DNA of 64,000 bases from Octopus sinensis (taxonomy: Eukaryota), in assembly GCF_006345805.1 (NCBI RefSeq), contig NC_042999.1, forward strand, positions 39,680,001 through 39,744,000, written 5' to 3'. The translations under genes and the position numbers were made by a program. The notes below the pieces were generated by a model. The model had not been told where the DNA came from. It made no database searches and saw nothing but the letters and a program-made list of their open reading frames with translations. Position 1 is the stretch's first letter. Each line of letters starts with the position of its first letter. Shown piece by piece: positions 26,998 through 42,220 of this stretch.

Positions 26998-28727
26998 GCA
27001 TGTATATATATATATCTGCATGTATCTATGTATACAGAGAGAGAGAGGGGGAGAGAGAGAGGACTGTATATACATACACTCATTCTACAGGTGGTATATA
27101 TGCCTTTTCGTGGACAGAGAGACAGACAGATAACAGTGATAAACATTTCCAACCATGCACAAAACTATGGAAACAATGCGCACATGTATACATATACATA
27201 TATATATATGTATGTCCACACACACAAATACACAGACACACATACGCAGACACACACTTATACGCTGGCAGTGTAGCAAGTCATAAAAGCAGTAACCTTC
27301 TTCCGTTTTCGCCTCATACGTCGTTAGAAACATTTCATCTGCTATTTTTGAATCCTCTCTGTTGTCATGTAATCCTATATTTTCATGCAATTGTCTAACT
27401 CTATAGTTTTTGTACGCGTCACTGTCAGTCGTTGTAGTTTCGGATGCTGTGATTACCTGCTGCCTGCGTGGGCACTCATAGCATGGGCTTTCTGAAAAAT
27501 TTTAAGACGTCACCAATCCAGTGAATACTTGTGTTAATAGTGTATCTTTAAATTCTGTGAATGAGGTAGGCTACGTCATAGATAGCATTTGATTGATTGA
27601 TTCTAGTTTCAGCTCATGAGCTGTGGCCATGCTGGGGCACCGCCATTATGTAATTATTTACTCAAACATCATTAAGAGTATATGAAGGTTACGAAAATCC
27701 CCCCCCCAAAAAAAAAAAATAAACACCAAAAATAGAAAATAAACTATAATAAATTATTTGTGTAGCATTGAAATTTTGGAAAAAAAATTAGGGTTATGCA
27801 AGAAGAAAAATAATTGTAAGAAAAAATTAAGGAAACAAAATCCTATTTTTAATATTCTCTCCCAAGGAAACAGAAATATTTCATAACCATTCTAATTAAA
27901 TTTTCACAATACGTCCTGATTTCTGCAACGGTTTTTGTAATTTTTGAAATCGAATTTTGCAGGTGTTCTGTTTTCACGCACGCATAAAAACCCACATGTG
28001 CACAAATCATGTTTTTTTTTCAATTAGGCATAACTCATTTCTCCACATTGTTGCGGTCGATGCATACGATGTTCAGTTTCAACAATGAATGAGAATTTTC
28101 AGTGTTTTATCTGCAGGGCAAAGATTTTAAAAGGCAGTTTACTAAGTGGTGCCCCGCTAAACAATTGTGCAAAAAGTGGATTGGTAGTTTAATTTTTCAC
28201 GTTTAAAATCCGTTTGCTCTCTCCTCATCTATCCTTACCGCAGAATAAACTTAGGCTGCATAAGTTAAAGGCTCCTTCCTGTCTCCCTAAGTGTCAGTCC
28301 CCTGTTAGTACAATGCCTGTGCTTCTGTATGTGCACGCGTGCATAATGTGTGTGTATGTATATGGATAGATAAATATATAGATAGATGAATAGACAAACA
28401 TATAGACACATAGATAGAGAGATAGTTATATAAATAGGTAAATACAGATATACATGACATTATAGAAAAGACAAGTGAACAAGACATTATGCAATTGACT
28501 ACATTATCTTTCCGCTCTATCTGCCATTAATTGCAACGCATACATAGTCGAGGGTTTGTATATGAACGTATAGCTTTGTCGGAGCTTCGGATATGTAACG
28601 CAATATAAGCATGTTATAGAAAGAACAGCTGTAAGCTAATGTAGTCTATTGCACGATTTCCAGTTCCCTTTTCATTTATGCCATCTTTTGTTATGCCTCA
28701 TATTCGACTAACGCTTTTCTCTGATGC

Positions 28728-28776
<49 letters not shown>

Positions 28777-30029
28777 AATACATAGAAAGACAAGCAGATA
28801 GATATAGCGAGTTAGATGGATAGATTCACAAGCAAAAATACATGTGTCTGTATGCGCATAAATTTAAATTGCATAAGAGCAACTGCAATTATGTTGTTAT
28901 CGTTAGCATTGTTTTTTCCTGTTCATCTTTGAACTCACAATCTAAATAAAAATGGACGGCATACCCAGAGAAAGAAACTTCTCTTGCGATTCACAGCATA
29001 TCAATCCCAACATTATGCAATGTATCCAATTTCTGAAAAAAAATATGTGTAGGTTTACTTCCAGAAATTTCTGAGATCTAATTCAATCGATCCTGTAGAG
29101 ACGATCAGTGTTGTAACGAACCTGATATATGTCATAAATTAGTGACTTTTTTTCGTCCAAGTGAACATGCATGATTTTGGAGATTACAACTACCTAAAAT
29201 GCAGCAAATCAGGTATTTTTTACAAATTTATAAATTAATAAATATAAATTTTTCGCCTACGTTAAAGACCGCATCGAGAATTGGTCACCCGACAGGTTGG
29301 TATACGATCACCCACCGACACACCGCATGCAGTAACTGACAAAGGCTCTTTCTGCTGACTTTTCTACTCCTAACTTCATTCTAGAGCCTAAGCACGTTAT
29401 TAATTCCTATGCTGTGACCTTGTTTCTAAAACCATCGATATCATGGTATTCTCTTCCCGCTTCTATTACTAATTCAAGACATACAATGTCATTAACATCC
29501 AAGAAGAGCATTAATATCATTAATTCTAACAGTCTTTGATTAGCAAGAAACGTCTGCCCTTCGATGCCCAGATATTTGAAATGAAATTTATTTTCGGATT
29601 TCGGATATGGTTTAGATAACATTATGCTGGACTGATTTAAAGACGTTCACAAACTGAGGTGAATAGCGTTTTTCTTTTACAATGCTAATATTACCTAATG
29701 CTTCTGTTGTTTTGAAAGGTGCAATTGTGTAATTTGTGTCAGATTTGGCATCTATTGCTTCCAGATGACACAGGCTCTGTGACTGGTAATTTATTATGAA
29801 ATGGTGCAGTATTTTATTTCTCTGATACATTTCAATATAGAGGCAAATTAAATTACTCATAATTTTCCCATTTATTTTCCCGTTTTCTATAAATTATTTT
29901 ATTTTTTATGCCTGTATAAAGTCAATATATTCGTTTAGCTGTATTGTTGTACTGAAAAACAACAAAATATGATGGTTTACTTCAATTAACCCCCATATAT
30001 TTAAAATATTTTTCCTATGTATATGTTTA

Positions 30030-30082
<53 letters not shown>

Positions 30083-32146
30083 TCACATACACATATGAAC
30101 GCCCCACTATATATATATATGTATACACTTGCAAACACAAGCACACACATGTACTTGTGTGTGTGTATATAATTGAGGGACCGCCAGAGACTGCTTTTCT
30201 AACACAATTTATGTTTGTTAGTTTAATGCATAAATTTATTCAATGAATTTCGTTCTGTTAAAATTTTCAAGGTAACGTGCTATACAGCATATTCAGTATA
30301 TTGAAACACTAGAAATTGTACAACTTATATTTTTTGTGGCAAAATATGCAATTTTGATTCTCTCTGCCATGAAGATCAACCAGAAATCGAATGAATATTA
30401 TTGCAACAACTTCCCGATCTATGACTGGAACGGTTTAGAAAACGATAAAAGAAATTTGCAGAGATGTCTTATGTCGCATAGACATCCCTTCTTTTACATA
30501 GTTATGCTTGTTAGTTGGCGTCTAAATTCGCTGTGAGGAAAGTATATTCGGCAAATTTCTTTTAGAAGATGATAGCAAAAACAGGAAATTTGAGGCGGCG
30601 GAGCATTTCTTGGTTCAAAATACAATTTCCGTCGATTTTTATTTTCTTCAACAAAGAAAGCTGTCATTCCGTTACTAGAAGTAATGAACTGGAAAAAGTG
30701 GTGGATACTAAAAGTATTTACCATTGTTCCAACTTACTGGTGCCTAGTTATTAAGGGAAATATGAATCCCATAACATTTCAACAATAAAGTAATTTTAAA
30801 GTTAAACTGAAATATAATGTGAAATAAAAAATCAAATATCGAATAAACAAACAGTTGCGTAACAATTTTGAAATGACCATTATATCTCCTTTGTTCTTGA
30901 GATTCTGAATGCTGTCTTTTAATTCTGTTATTTTGTTATAGTTTTCTCTTACACTCTCACTGTTATCACTAAAAATAGTTCATTGTCCACTGTCCATCTT
31001 CCTATTTGTATCTCCTGAGTCTCCCTCTGAAACCGTAATGCACTGGATATTAGTGTCATCTTATGTGCGCACTATTTATGTTTTGATTTTGACTGATTTT
31101 CTTCCATCATCTTTGGCTGTATCATTTCATTCATTTACTATGGTATCAACTCATCGCTTTCGATCCATAGTGATGTTTACTTATACACAAATTTAAGTTA
31201 AAATTTTCATTTCATAACCGTTTGATTTTCTTAGTTATAGAAAGAATATATTTCTGTTTGCCATTAAATAGAAAAATAACACTTTTCACAGAGGAACATT
31301 TTACATTTTGCTAGGGAAAACTCTCACTTTTTGTTTCAATGGAGTATTGTTATATATGAAATGATAATAACGTTTCTCGTGCAAAATATTAAAGACGTGT
31401 AAAACTGATAACGTAGAGTGTGAAGAAAGTTTGCGGTGCAAAATTTTTGCAAAAATGTGGGAAGATAGTGAATGATAAAAGAAAATTGAAATACATTTCT
31501 TGCCATAATATTGTGTGCCGTAGCATGACATGAAAAGTATTTTCCTTGGAAAAAGTGAATTAGTCTTCCATGAAAATGGAATCATTAACTGTATTATTCT
31601 TAGAAAATGAAATTATGTAGAAACGAAAGTAGTTCATAATGATAGTAAAATAAATGGAGGACAAGTAGACTGCCAGCTAGTTAATATCAACCCTCTGCTA
31701 GCATTAAATCCTTATGAACGTTTGTGCAATAATGTTTTGCAGTAAATTTATTTAATGGAATTTATATTGTTTTATACCACTTAGAATGATGTATTTGAAG
31801 CACTATCACTAAAAGACTAGTAGCTTCGTGTATTATCGATACTGAAAACTGATAGAGTTGAACAATTATTTAAAATTCTTGAATATGTAGCGTTTTATAA
31901 TTTAAAAATTTTATCTATATATCCCCAATGAAACACATTCACAATTTCGCGACATAAAATCTACTACCTTTGATTGCACCTGCTGCGCAAGAATAACCAT
32001 ATGCTGTGAAAACTATAATAATATTCTAAATAGTTACACGTGTTTGCATACCTGTGTGTGTACAGGAATGCATTTTGCATGGAAGTTTCTGTATCTCTAC
32101 GTATCTCTAGGTATACGTGTACTCTATCAATTTAAGATATCATTAT

Positions 32147-32207
<61 letters not shown>

Positions 32208-32209
<2 letters not shown>

Positions 32210-32325
32210 AAAGTATACTAGCCATCTCAATATGGCTAACCACTAAGATAATCTCCTGGGGCTAAAAGCTACAGTAACACCCACCCTTAGTGGTTAGTCA
32301 TATTGAGATGGCTAGTATACTTTAC
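32208..32325. repeat. Inverted repeat, 40-bp arms (39/40 match), 38-nt spacer
   Basis: 32208-32247 versus 32286-32325. Confidence 0.9.
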
Positions 32326-32372
32326 GTTGTCGAGCAGTTACTGTTTACATCTCGTTCAGAGATTTATTATTG

Positions 32373-32442
<70 letters not shown>

Positions 32443-34073
32443 TTCAGATTTTCAGAATATAAGTGTTAAAACTAACATCAACATATAGCTTTCTCTTAGT
32501 AATTACTAGATACTACTAATATGGTTTCTAAGCCGAGCAATGATTTGATAGAGTCATTACATTGTTGAATATATGCTTCGAAATTCGTTGGTTTTAGTTC
32601 AAATCCTGCCTTGGTCAAATGTACTTTCGCTTTTGTTTTTTTCGATTGTCGACAAAATGTACCGACCCATAATACTGAATGCCTGGAAGTGTAACAGACT
32701 ACGGCCAATGCTTTGCAGTATTTGAAAAAATTCTAGGCATCCTTCGTTCTAAAATATTCTATCACCCAGTTGGATATTACACACCATCTGTCATCCGTTT
32801 TAGAACTACCATCGTGTACCTTCGGGATAGGCCAGTTTTAAAGATGTTTGCTGTTCCTAACCCTAGTTTTGATAATCTTTGCATGCTAATAAGCTTTGCC
32901 TTCTCCTCTTACTAATATTTTATCAATGGTTTTTACAGTATCTAAAATTCACATGCAAGCGACTAAAGAACCGTGGAAAATATATTTCATTTATGCATCA
33001 TAAGTGTGCGAATAATTTACGTTATTTTTTACGCTATTTTTCACGATCTAATTACAATGTTCTCACATTCTAATCATTCACTTAGCTTATTATTACTAAG
33101 TAAAAATAGCTTTCTAAAACTATTGTTATGAGTGTCATTTTTAACATAATGTTAACTATTTTCTTAACCTTACAAATTACACAGGTTAAAATGTCAAATC
33201 AATCCGCACACCATATAAAATGTTATTTAGACACCAGGCACTATGAGCTTATGCACAAGTTTAATACTCCTTTCATTTAGTTTTAAATCAACTCAATATA
33301 TGCTAATGAAAAGTGTTTTAACATTTCGTTACTTTGATTTACTATGCTTATTGTAGGTAATATGTTATTTTAATGTTGTTTTAGAAATTAAAGTCTAAAT
33401 TTATTTACTTTTATGCTAACTCAAATTCAATCCTAAGCACCAAGTAGACAGCCGCCAAATCGTAAACAGGAGAATACGTTGAATTAGTATGCGTTCTCTT
33501 ACGCAATGGGAATGAAAATCTGTAGATTTCGCTTTTACAATATATCTCATTTCTTCCTTCTAAATAGCCAGTAGTTTAGCTGAATATTTACTGCGAGATA
33601 TAATATATAATATTCCCATCTGAACATTTACGTCAATTTTACAATCCATTTGACATCAGACAATTATTACTCACCTAAGTAGTAAGAAACTTCACATGTA
33701 AGTCCACAACTGAACTTGAGCAGCATTAGAGTATGGTCTCCGAAATATTTCCAAAATGTCGTATTTTGTTGATCCGTCAAAGACGAAAGCGATGAATAAC
33801 TTGGGCCTCTACTATTAGCACAAGGCCTGAAATTTTGGTTGGCTTAGACCCCGAAAAGGCAGATGGGAATTCGGTAGAATTTGAAATTAGAATTTAATAA
33901 TGGACGAAATGATGCTCGGCATTCTGTCCTGCCTGCTAAGGATTATGCTGGCCCACAGTCTTAACTGTGCATAATATTGGCTTCAAATTGTGGAAATATA
34001 ACCTCAGCAAGTTCGGTGGAATAGGTAAGTCGATTACATCTGCCCAATTCCTCAAGTGCTAGCTATGTTCGCT

Positions 34074-34258
34074 TCTACTCTAAGCACAAGGCCCGAAATT
34101 TTGGGCGAGCGGCAATCGGTTAGACTGACCCCAGTATGCAACTGGTACTTAATTTATCGACCCCGAAAGGATGAACGGCAAAGTCGACCTCGACGGAATT
34201 TGAACTCAGAACATAAAGACAGTCCGGCGTCTTAACGCTTCTTCCAGCTCACTGCCTT
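34074..34258 (-). mobile_element. tRNA-derived SINE (family 3), probably carrying a Nin-like conserved domain
   Basis: Reverse complement has TTCTGAGTTCAAATTCCGTCGAGGTCGACTTTGCCGTTCATCCTTTCGGGGTCGATAAATTAAGTACCAG. Related degenerate copies at 14320-14490 and 33808-33955. Confidence 0.7.
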
Positions 34259-34264
34259 AATAAA

Positions 34265-34326
<62 letters not shown>

Positions 34327-34329
<3 letters not shown>

Positions 34330-34449
34330 GCAGAACACTTTCCATACAATAACCATCAGAGCATCACAACAAATCACAGCACATACCCAAGGCACACAGA
34401 GCTGCGCTCGGTAGTGAAGTGAAAGCACGCTATAAAAATAAAACTACTG
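34327..34449 (+). mobile_element. 123-bp 3'-end fragment of the same R4/Dong family
   Basis: Near-identical to ~46108-46237 (GAGCTGCGCTCGGTAGTGAAGTGAAAGCACGC...ACTACTG), with (AAT)n on both sides. Confidence 0.9.
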
Positions 34450-34477
34450 AATAATAATAATAATAATAATGATAATA

Positions 34478-34515
<38 letters not shown>

Positions 34516-34541
34516 AATAATAATAATAATAATAATAATAA

Positions 34542-34578
<37 letters not shown>

Positions 34579-34599
34579 TGTAGTAAATTAAGTAATGTA

Positions 34600-35690
34600 C
34601 TTAGAGTCATAATGGAGAATACAAGGTTAACTGACGCTGAAATTTGACAAGTTAGGACAGAAATGTCTCATGGTAAACAAATGAAAACAGCAAAAATAGA
34701 GATGAAATAGATTACAGATGCACAGATCCGAGTTTACCATCAGTACATCCCAAAGTGGACGCTGAAGAAAGAATAGCGAACAACACATATGCGGAAAAAG
34801 CGGAGAAAGCAGATCTAGCAGATCTAACTCAAGAGAACCAGAAGAAATATGACACAGACTTTGAGGTGAATAATAAAAAATAAGATCATAGAAGAAAAAA
34901 ATATAAGAGAATTCAGCAAAACTGTATTCACTTACATGATCAATAGAGAACCACTAACACAGTTCTCAAGCAGCATAGAAAGCAAAAACATAATCATGAT
35001 ATATTGAGAAATATGAGATATTGAGCTAACGACCTTAAATGACCTCATCTATTTCACTGCGAAAATTGTAACTGCTCATCTAGGTATCAGAACGACACGC
35101 AAAAGAACCAACCATGTCAATAGACCTATTAAGTGGAAAGTACTAATACAAAAAGAGATCGAATCTTTGCGAGCGGGTGCATCAGATCTCGATGACCTTT
35201 CTAGAAGAGTAAATGTGATGAAAAATGAAAAATGCTAGAAAAATTAAGCAAATGTATAAAATGAAAACTTTTATAATCTTTCCTGCAACCAAGAAATAAT
35301 TGAAGAAACGAAGACAACCGGTAGCCCAACGACTTAGAAGGTATTATAAAAGAATCAAATTTCATCGACAAAATACGATATTCCAGGCAGATGCAAACAT
35401 ATTTTATACGGAAATTGGCAAAAGTAAGTCAGATTAAATGATCCTCCAAAGACAGAGGAAATGGAAGATTTCTGGGAAAAGATATGGAGCAACGAAACGA
35501 AAACGAATATAATGCTAAATGGATAGAACGTGAGAAAGTGAAACTGCATAAACTTCAAGATCAGAAATGGGAGGCAATAGAAATAGAAGCGCTAAGATGT
35601 GTTCTTAAGAAGTTTCACAAATGGAAAACCCTAAGTCTGGACTGAATTCCTAACTTCTGGTTGAATTGTTTGACATAATTGCTGTTCAAG
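34600..35690 (+). pseudogene. Degenerate 5' half of an R4/Dong-type LINE
   Basis: Remnants FWEKIWSN and WKTLSLD*IPNFWLN, homologous to WKAPGHDKIPNFWLK in the 42-46 kb copy. Confidence 0.65.
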
Positions 35691-36855
35691 ATAATTCCAC
35701 AAGTCAGTATCGCAAATACAGTGGACGACTGCGTGCAGAACGGTTTCGTTGCTCTGCGTGCATCTCGGGCAGGTATGTCTGACAGTACCTCTGAGACTGT
35801 TGTGTTTATCTCGAACCGCCAATGCCCTCCGCTAGCACTGCCAAGCTAGGGACTTCTGGAAGTTGTCAATCGTCACCGGCTTGAAAGTTCACCTGAACAG
35901 ATTGGTTATTTCGATTTCGTCAACGCCTAGAGTCTATCCAAGAACGTCATTGCTCTTTTCCTCCATGAGCCCTCAAGAATGCATGTTCTAGTGATCGCAT
36001 TGCCCGGCTGGTAGAGGGCAGTCAGTGCCTGGCACCACTCCAGACGCCAGTCACCCCTCCTCGGGATCTTCTTGACAGAGAATTGCAGCTCAGACAAGGA
36101 GACGAACTGTGAAAAAACTGTTTGGCTAACGGCGACCAGACCTGTTTAACAGAATATCTGGAGATGCCGCAGCCTGACGGCATGTCTGAACATCATTAGC
36201 CACAGCATGCCCAACCCACCGTCAAGAGGGTGTTGGCAGCAGATGGACCACCTCACCAATGGAACCTGTCCCCTCCACAGGAATTTGAATAGGAGGTGTT
36301 CAAATTCGGCGATGCGCGATCGGGGAAAATGTACAATGGCCAAACGGTAGTAGATGACAGACGCAATGTACGCATTCGCCACCTCTGCTCGATCTTTCAG
36401 TGATAATCTTAAATTCTGTGCTAAGCAGAGTTATAGGCCCACAAATTATCTAACGTGTCCCTCATTGATTTCGCTTTTCTTTATCACCATAATTACGCCC
36501 CGTTCCACAGAACTGGGAATATTCCCGTTCTAATGCCAGTTACAGGAGAGTTATTCAAGGAGATCAGAGAACAAGTCTGGCATATTTACGTGAAGTTCAT
36601 GTGGAAGACCATCTAAACCTGGTGACTTGTGCTTCCTTCAACCGACAAGGGCATCCTGAATTTTGGCTGAAGTTATTTGCCTTACATATCGCTCAGCGTC
36701 AAACAGACGCGACAAACATCGAGCAAGGAACTGAAGTCCGCCACCATCTCCACCCCTTCATTCCCTTCGAACACCCGAGCAAATTCTGGCGAAAGGCCTC
36801 ACACATCTGCCTTGAATGGCTCAGCTCGTGTCCGTCTCAGTTCGTGACCATGTAA
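35690..36855 (-). pseudogene. L1/Tx1-like LINE remnant, internally deleted
   Basis: SPGLDGLP, YIASVIYYRL...FKFLWRG...GGLGM and CPRCTQSNETVLHAVVHC. Confidence 0.7.
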
Positions 36856-37097
36856 GGATTTGAATATCTCCTTTAATTGCGTTTCAAATTGTGTGACGAA
36901 GACATTTGCGATAACTGCCATTTGGTTACCTATGGTGCATCATTTCATCCGATGGAAAGATTTTTCTTCAAATCTCATTGTGTTACTTTGTAACACAAAA
37001 TTTAATAATGATGATGCTGATAATAATAATGATGCTGCTGATAATATTAATAATAATAATAATAATAATAATAATGATAATAATAATATTAATAATG

Positions 37098-37132
<35 letters not shown>

Positions 37133-37174
37133 ACTACTACTACTACTAATAATAATAATAATAATAATAGTAAT

Positions 37175-37205
<31 letters not shown>

Positions 37206-37207
37206 CA

Positions 37208-37241
<34 letters not shown>

Positions 37242-37643
37242 TGACTGCCTGGAATTGAAATCGGAAACTTTGAAGGAATACTTTCTTGTTACCATTTTTT
37301 CAAAGATTTCTATGCATGTTTCCACCTCTCTCATTGTAATCAGTGTTGGGGTAGAAGGAAGAAACATCCATGGTTACCAAAAAAACAATCTTTAACATTA
37401 CTTCGGTGGTTAGAAAATTTGTTGAATTGGAAAACAAAATCAAATTTGCTTACAAAGAAACGCAGTTATTCCGATCTAATTTTGAACGTTTCAGTGTTTC
37501 CTATCTTTGAATTTAATTACAATTTATATTTTCAATTTGTAAAAGACACACGGAGTGTCGAAATACTGTTCAACCAATAAAATATCTATTGCAGTCGCAT
37601 CGCACTCTTCGACTTGTCTGCTAATCTTTGTGAGAGTCACGTC

Positions 37644-37778
37644 AATCATCATCATCATCATCATAATCATTATCATCATCACATCATCATCACCACCACC
37701 GACACCGCCACCACCACCACCACCACCACCACCACCACCACAACCACTACCACCATCATCATCATCATTATCATCATT

Positions 37779-37810
<32 letters not shown>

Positions 37811-37873
37811 TATTATTATTATTATTATATTATTATTATTATTATTATTATTATCATCATTATTATTATTATT
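37644..37873. repeat. Compound (CAT)/(CAC)/(CAT)/(TAT) array
   Basis: Read directly. Confidence 0.9.
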
Positions 37874-38047
37874 ATGTCTATTGAAGGCACAATGCCTGAA
37901 ATATGTGGAGATGGGAGTAGACAATTCCATGAACCCCGGTGATTACCGGTCGCGCAAGGTGAATGAGATTGCGCTCAGCATTTTCCCGAAGTAGTAACAA
38001 TTTTGCTTGTTCACCGGCTTAATAATAATAATAATAATAATAATATA

Positions 38048-38140
<93 letters not shown>

Positions 38141-38149
38141 GTAATAATA

Positions 38150-38770
38150 ACTTCACACTTCAAACTGGGAGAAAGATAGACGCGAAAAAAGTACAGATAT
38201 TATATTGAAGGATTGCAGACAAAATCATACCTCCTCATCGACATAAGTGTATGTCAAGATGTACCAAACACAGAGCAAGGGTAGATATCTTGAAATAGAG
38301 ATTGACAAAATGTGGAACCCGAATTCTAAAACAATACCGGTTGTCATAGATGTCCAAGGATGATTGCCACATGGCTTAGATACCAGAAAACCCCAAAATG
38401 GAAGGAATTCAAAAAGTAGAGCTCATGGGAATGGCTCTTATCCTACGTAAAATATTGTCTATATAATTCCAAGAATATTTTCATAAGTAAACAGTATGAA
38501 AATGTTTTTAAATGTACATAATAGTAAATACCTTTTACGGTCATATGAACGACAGACTGTTATCTTATAATCAAATTACTTTGAAGTCAAACTTATAATT
38601 TACATACGATTTGACAGCCATTCTCTAGAACGATACTCTGTGCGTAACCAAATATATGGCACCCTAGTCATAACACCAACTTGAACTTCTAACTTGTTGT
38701 CTCTTGACGTCCCTGGGAAAGACTTGGGTGACAACTTGTACAAATACAAATTAAAAGCCAAACATATAAT
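38150..38770 (+). pseudogene. 3' end (RLE C-terminus + UTR) of another R4/Dong-type LINE between (AAT)n arrays
   Basis: Remnants LLIDISV, LEIEIDKMWNP, TIPVVI and IQKVELMGMALILRKILSI*. Confidence 0.7.
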
Positions 38771-38815
38771 AAAATTAATAATAGTAATAATAATAATATA
38801 ATAATAATAATAATA

Positions 38816-38865
<50 letters not shown>

Positions 38866-38867
<2 letters not shown>

Positions 38868-39002
38868 CACCATGTCGCGCACATATGGTTGTGGTGCATG
38901 TGCCTGGTGTACCCTTATCAGACGGGTAGTCATGATGGGTATACTGGGCTTCGTATATTTTACCCCAGTGTCACTTTGATGGCATGCTCTGCTCGCTCAC
39001 TC
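38866..39002 (+). mobile_element. Third, strongly left-truncated copy of the unassigned (AAT)n-flanked repeat
   Basis: Matches the last ~137 bp of the other copies and has the same right junction. Confidence 0.85.
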
Positions 39003-39015
39003 AATAATAATAATA

Positions 39016-39074
<59 letters not shown>

Positions 39075-39919
39075 GTAATAAAAATGTAATAGTAATAATA
39101 ATAATGTTATATAATATATGATAATGTTGTACAATAATATCAACAACAGCAATAGCAATAATAATAAAGGCAGAGACAATGTTAGGGGCCCTAGGACTTA
39201 TAGTAATAATATAAGTATAAAAATAATTGTGACACTATAGTAGTGAACAAGTAAATAATTGCTAAGATTCATAATTATCCAGAACGATTAACAAGTAGCA
39301 TTGTGAAACCGTCGAGTCTTTGGTGACTAAACCAGCAACCCAACTAAGCTTACTTGGTGAGAAAGGTGAATTTTCGAAACTGCGGGATTAAAACAAAACC
39401 CGGCAAAAGTTAGGGGAACTTAGAGGAGTCTGTGGCAATTCCGAAAATGGGTATACAAAGCTCGTGAAGCTTGGTTGGAAGTCTGTCTCGAAGTAGGAAC
39501 ACTGATTTAAAAGCTGGGGTAGATAGGACTCCTTAGTTACAGTGGTGACAGCCTGTCACTGTTCAAAAGCTCCATGCCTAGGATAAAGGTGAATGCACTG
39601 CAAATCGGAACTTAACTCCGGAGTAATATTTGGATGAATATACGGGACAAACTAACGCCCACCTGTCTCTTAGTGAGAATCGGGATCATAGTCTTCAACA
39701 CACTGAAATGCGAAGGGAGCAGGCCCAACTTATGGGGAGTAAGAGCTCTGCAGTCTTTGTTGACAATCTTACTAGAAATGGTGTCCCGATAAAAATGCCG
39801 ATTGGTGGCTAACCTTAAAAACATACATCAATATTGAGTGAAAATGTCTAATACAAGTAACGGAAATAATGGGGCTGGAACCAAAGGTAGAAGCCTTTTG
39901 TCCATCAGGTAGCGTGTGG

Positions 39920-41985
39920 TTGAGCAGTACAGGCCTGGTCATCATCCAGAGACTGCTTGTACACAAAGCCAGAGGTAGAGAGGAAGGTGGGACAAGGAGG
40001 CAGACCGAACATTAATTGAATGCTGGATCAGGAGTGGATCCAGCTGAAGAGGATCCGACATCGAATGAAAATAAAATGTAATGAGATAGAACCCTTCGTA
40101 ACAAATGAGCAACGGTTAGCCCACCATGCAAGAGCAATGAGCAACAAGGTGGTTAAGAGACATGGAAACAGAGGAGATAAAAAGAAAGTAGAAGATAGAA
40201 ATAATATTTCGCCAACGGACAACGTGCCCAGCGAGAACAGAAAAATGAAAGGTGACAGCGAAGAATTCGAGCAAAGTGTAATTGTATATGCATTTTCAAC
40301 AAATGGAGCAGAAGTGATACAAAGAGATATATCACGAAGAAGACTTAGTGAGGACGCTTTGCCGATATACTAGAAAAGATGAGGATTAATTACCCGACAA
40401 GCTGAGGTACATTGATCGACGCAAGGTGAAGGTTGAAACCGAAAAGGCAGATTCGAGTCTTGAACTACTCCAGACGGTAAATATAAGTGAAACTAACAAG
40501 ATTATTTGGGCTGCAGCTATGGTTACTGCAGATAGATTTGTATATAAAAGAAAAGAACAAACAGAACGTAAAGAACCATCCTAGCGTAGACGAATTTGTG
40601 AGAAACAAAGTAAGTGGAAAAGAGATTTGAGACAAGTTGATAATTTGAGATGAGAGGAATTGAAGAACGAAAGCATAAGACTGACGCTGGAAAGAACGTA
40701 TAGAATAAGAGGTAAAGTTTATGATGTGATATTGGAAGAATTGTAACAATGATTAGTAGCAAAACAGGAAAGATACAATAGAAAAATACACTTCAGAAAC
40801 AACAGATTGTTTGAAGCAAATCAGAAGAGACTGTTTCAGGAACTCAATGGGTAAATAGATATAATAGTGATTCCAGATGCAGAGGAAAGCAAGGAATTCT
40901 GGAGAGAGAGCTGGTACCAACATGTAGAGCATAATGATAAAGCGGAGTGGCTGCATGAAATACAGGAGAGTTTTAAAAATATAGAAGTCTAAGAAGACAT
41001 AAAAACCACAGAAATAATATAAATGCCGTTAAGAAAATTTCCAAATTGGAAGAGGCCAGAACCGGATGGGATCCAAGGTTATTGGATGAAGAACAGTACA
41101 ACAGCTTGATGAGTTCCTGTAGGAAAGCGCACTACCCAGCTGGATGACAAAGGAAAATACATTGTTAGGTGCCAAAGATCCTGGAAAGAGAAATGTTGCA
41201 TTCAAGTTTAAACCAATAATATGCCTTCCGCTAAGGGGGAAACTAACGTCAGGCGTGCTGATACTGGGTGAAAAGTGGGCTGCCAGAAAAGGGTGCGGAA
41301 AAAGGAGCCGGCAAGCAAATGAACATCTCTTAATTCATAATCAAATTATTAGAAACCGCAAGAGAAGACACACACACACACCTGAACATGACATGGGTTG
41401 ACTATCGTGAAGCTTTCAATATGGTACAACACTCCTGGATCATAGGAACAATAGAAATGTATGGAGAATCCCTATGGAATAGCATGAAATGCTGGAGAAC
41501 GGATTTGACAGCAGGGAATCAAACACCACGACATGAAGGAAAAGACAAAGAGAGAGTATCTGCGGCGAGTGAGAAAAATATTGCTTTCAAATCTGAATGC
41601 CGGAAAAATAATCTCGGCAATAAACACACGCTCAATCGAAGTAATTCGGTATGGCGCTGGATTTGGACAGAAGACGAGCTAAAGTAGATAGACAGGAAGT
41701 GAAGAAATCTCCTACTGATGCAGGGATTCCATCATACACGTGCAGATACTGATCGCGTATCTATGAAGAGAGAAAATGGAGGAATATAAAGGAATATAAT
41801 GGAAATTGGAATACAGTGCCCAGCAGATCTTTTACAAAGGTCTTGCCTCGTTGGCACGCGTAGAATAATCAGTAAAGTATTAGATAGCTGAAGAGAACGA
41901 ACGGCATGGTACCGTAGGCTGTAGCTAGTAAAACCGCTATGCATGCAAGACTCCAGGAGCTCCACCAAACCCTGTGATGAAGGAA
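39920..41985 (+). pseudogene. Degenerate, internally deleted R4/Dong-type LINE (different, older family)
   Basis: Remnant peptides LIECWIRS, EQRLAHHARAM, IPDAEESKEFW, NWKRPEPDGIQGYW, FKPIICLPL, WVDYREAFNMVQHSW and WTEDELK, with many stops. (AAT)n follows. Confidence 0.75.
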
Positions 41986-42141
41986 AATAATAATAATAAT
42001 ATAATAATGATAATAATAATAATAATAATGATAATAATAATAATAATAATAGATATAATAATAATAATAATAATAATAATAGATATAATAATAATAATAA
42101 TAATAATAATATTAATAATAATAATAATAATAATAATGATG

Positions 42142-42220
<79 letters not shown>
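41986..42220. repeat. Long imperfect (AAT)n array
   Basis: Read directly. Confidence 0.95.

Noticed and set aside
27457-27491. Possible 35-nt minus-strand micro-exon (TTTTCAG|...CAG|GTAATC)
   Set aside because: Good splice signals, but such pairs are expected by chance in 64 kb. It needs RNA-seq.
29407-29860. Two adjacent protein-looking minus-strand ORFs
   Set aside because: No motif recognised and no supporting splice structure. A BLASTX search would settle it.
39290-39900. Search for an HDV-like ribozyme upstream of the older R4/Dong copy
   Set aside because: A TCCG loop-like motif (~39440) lacks matching P1 and P3 pairings.
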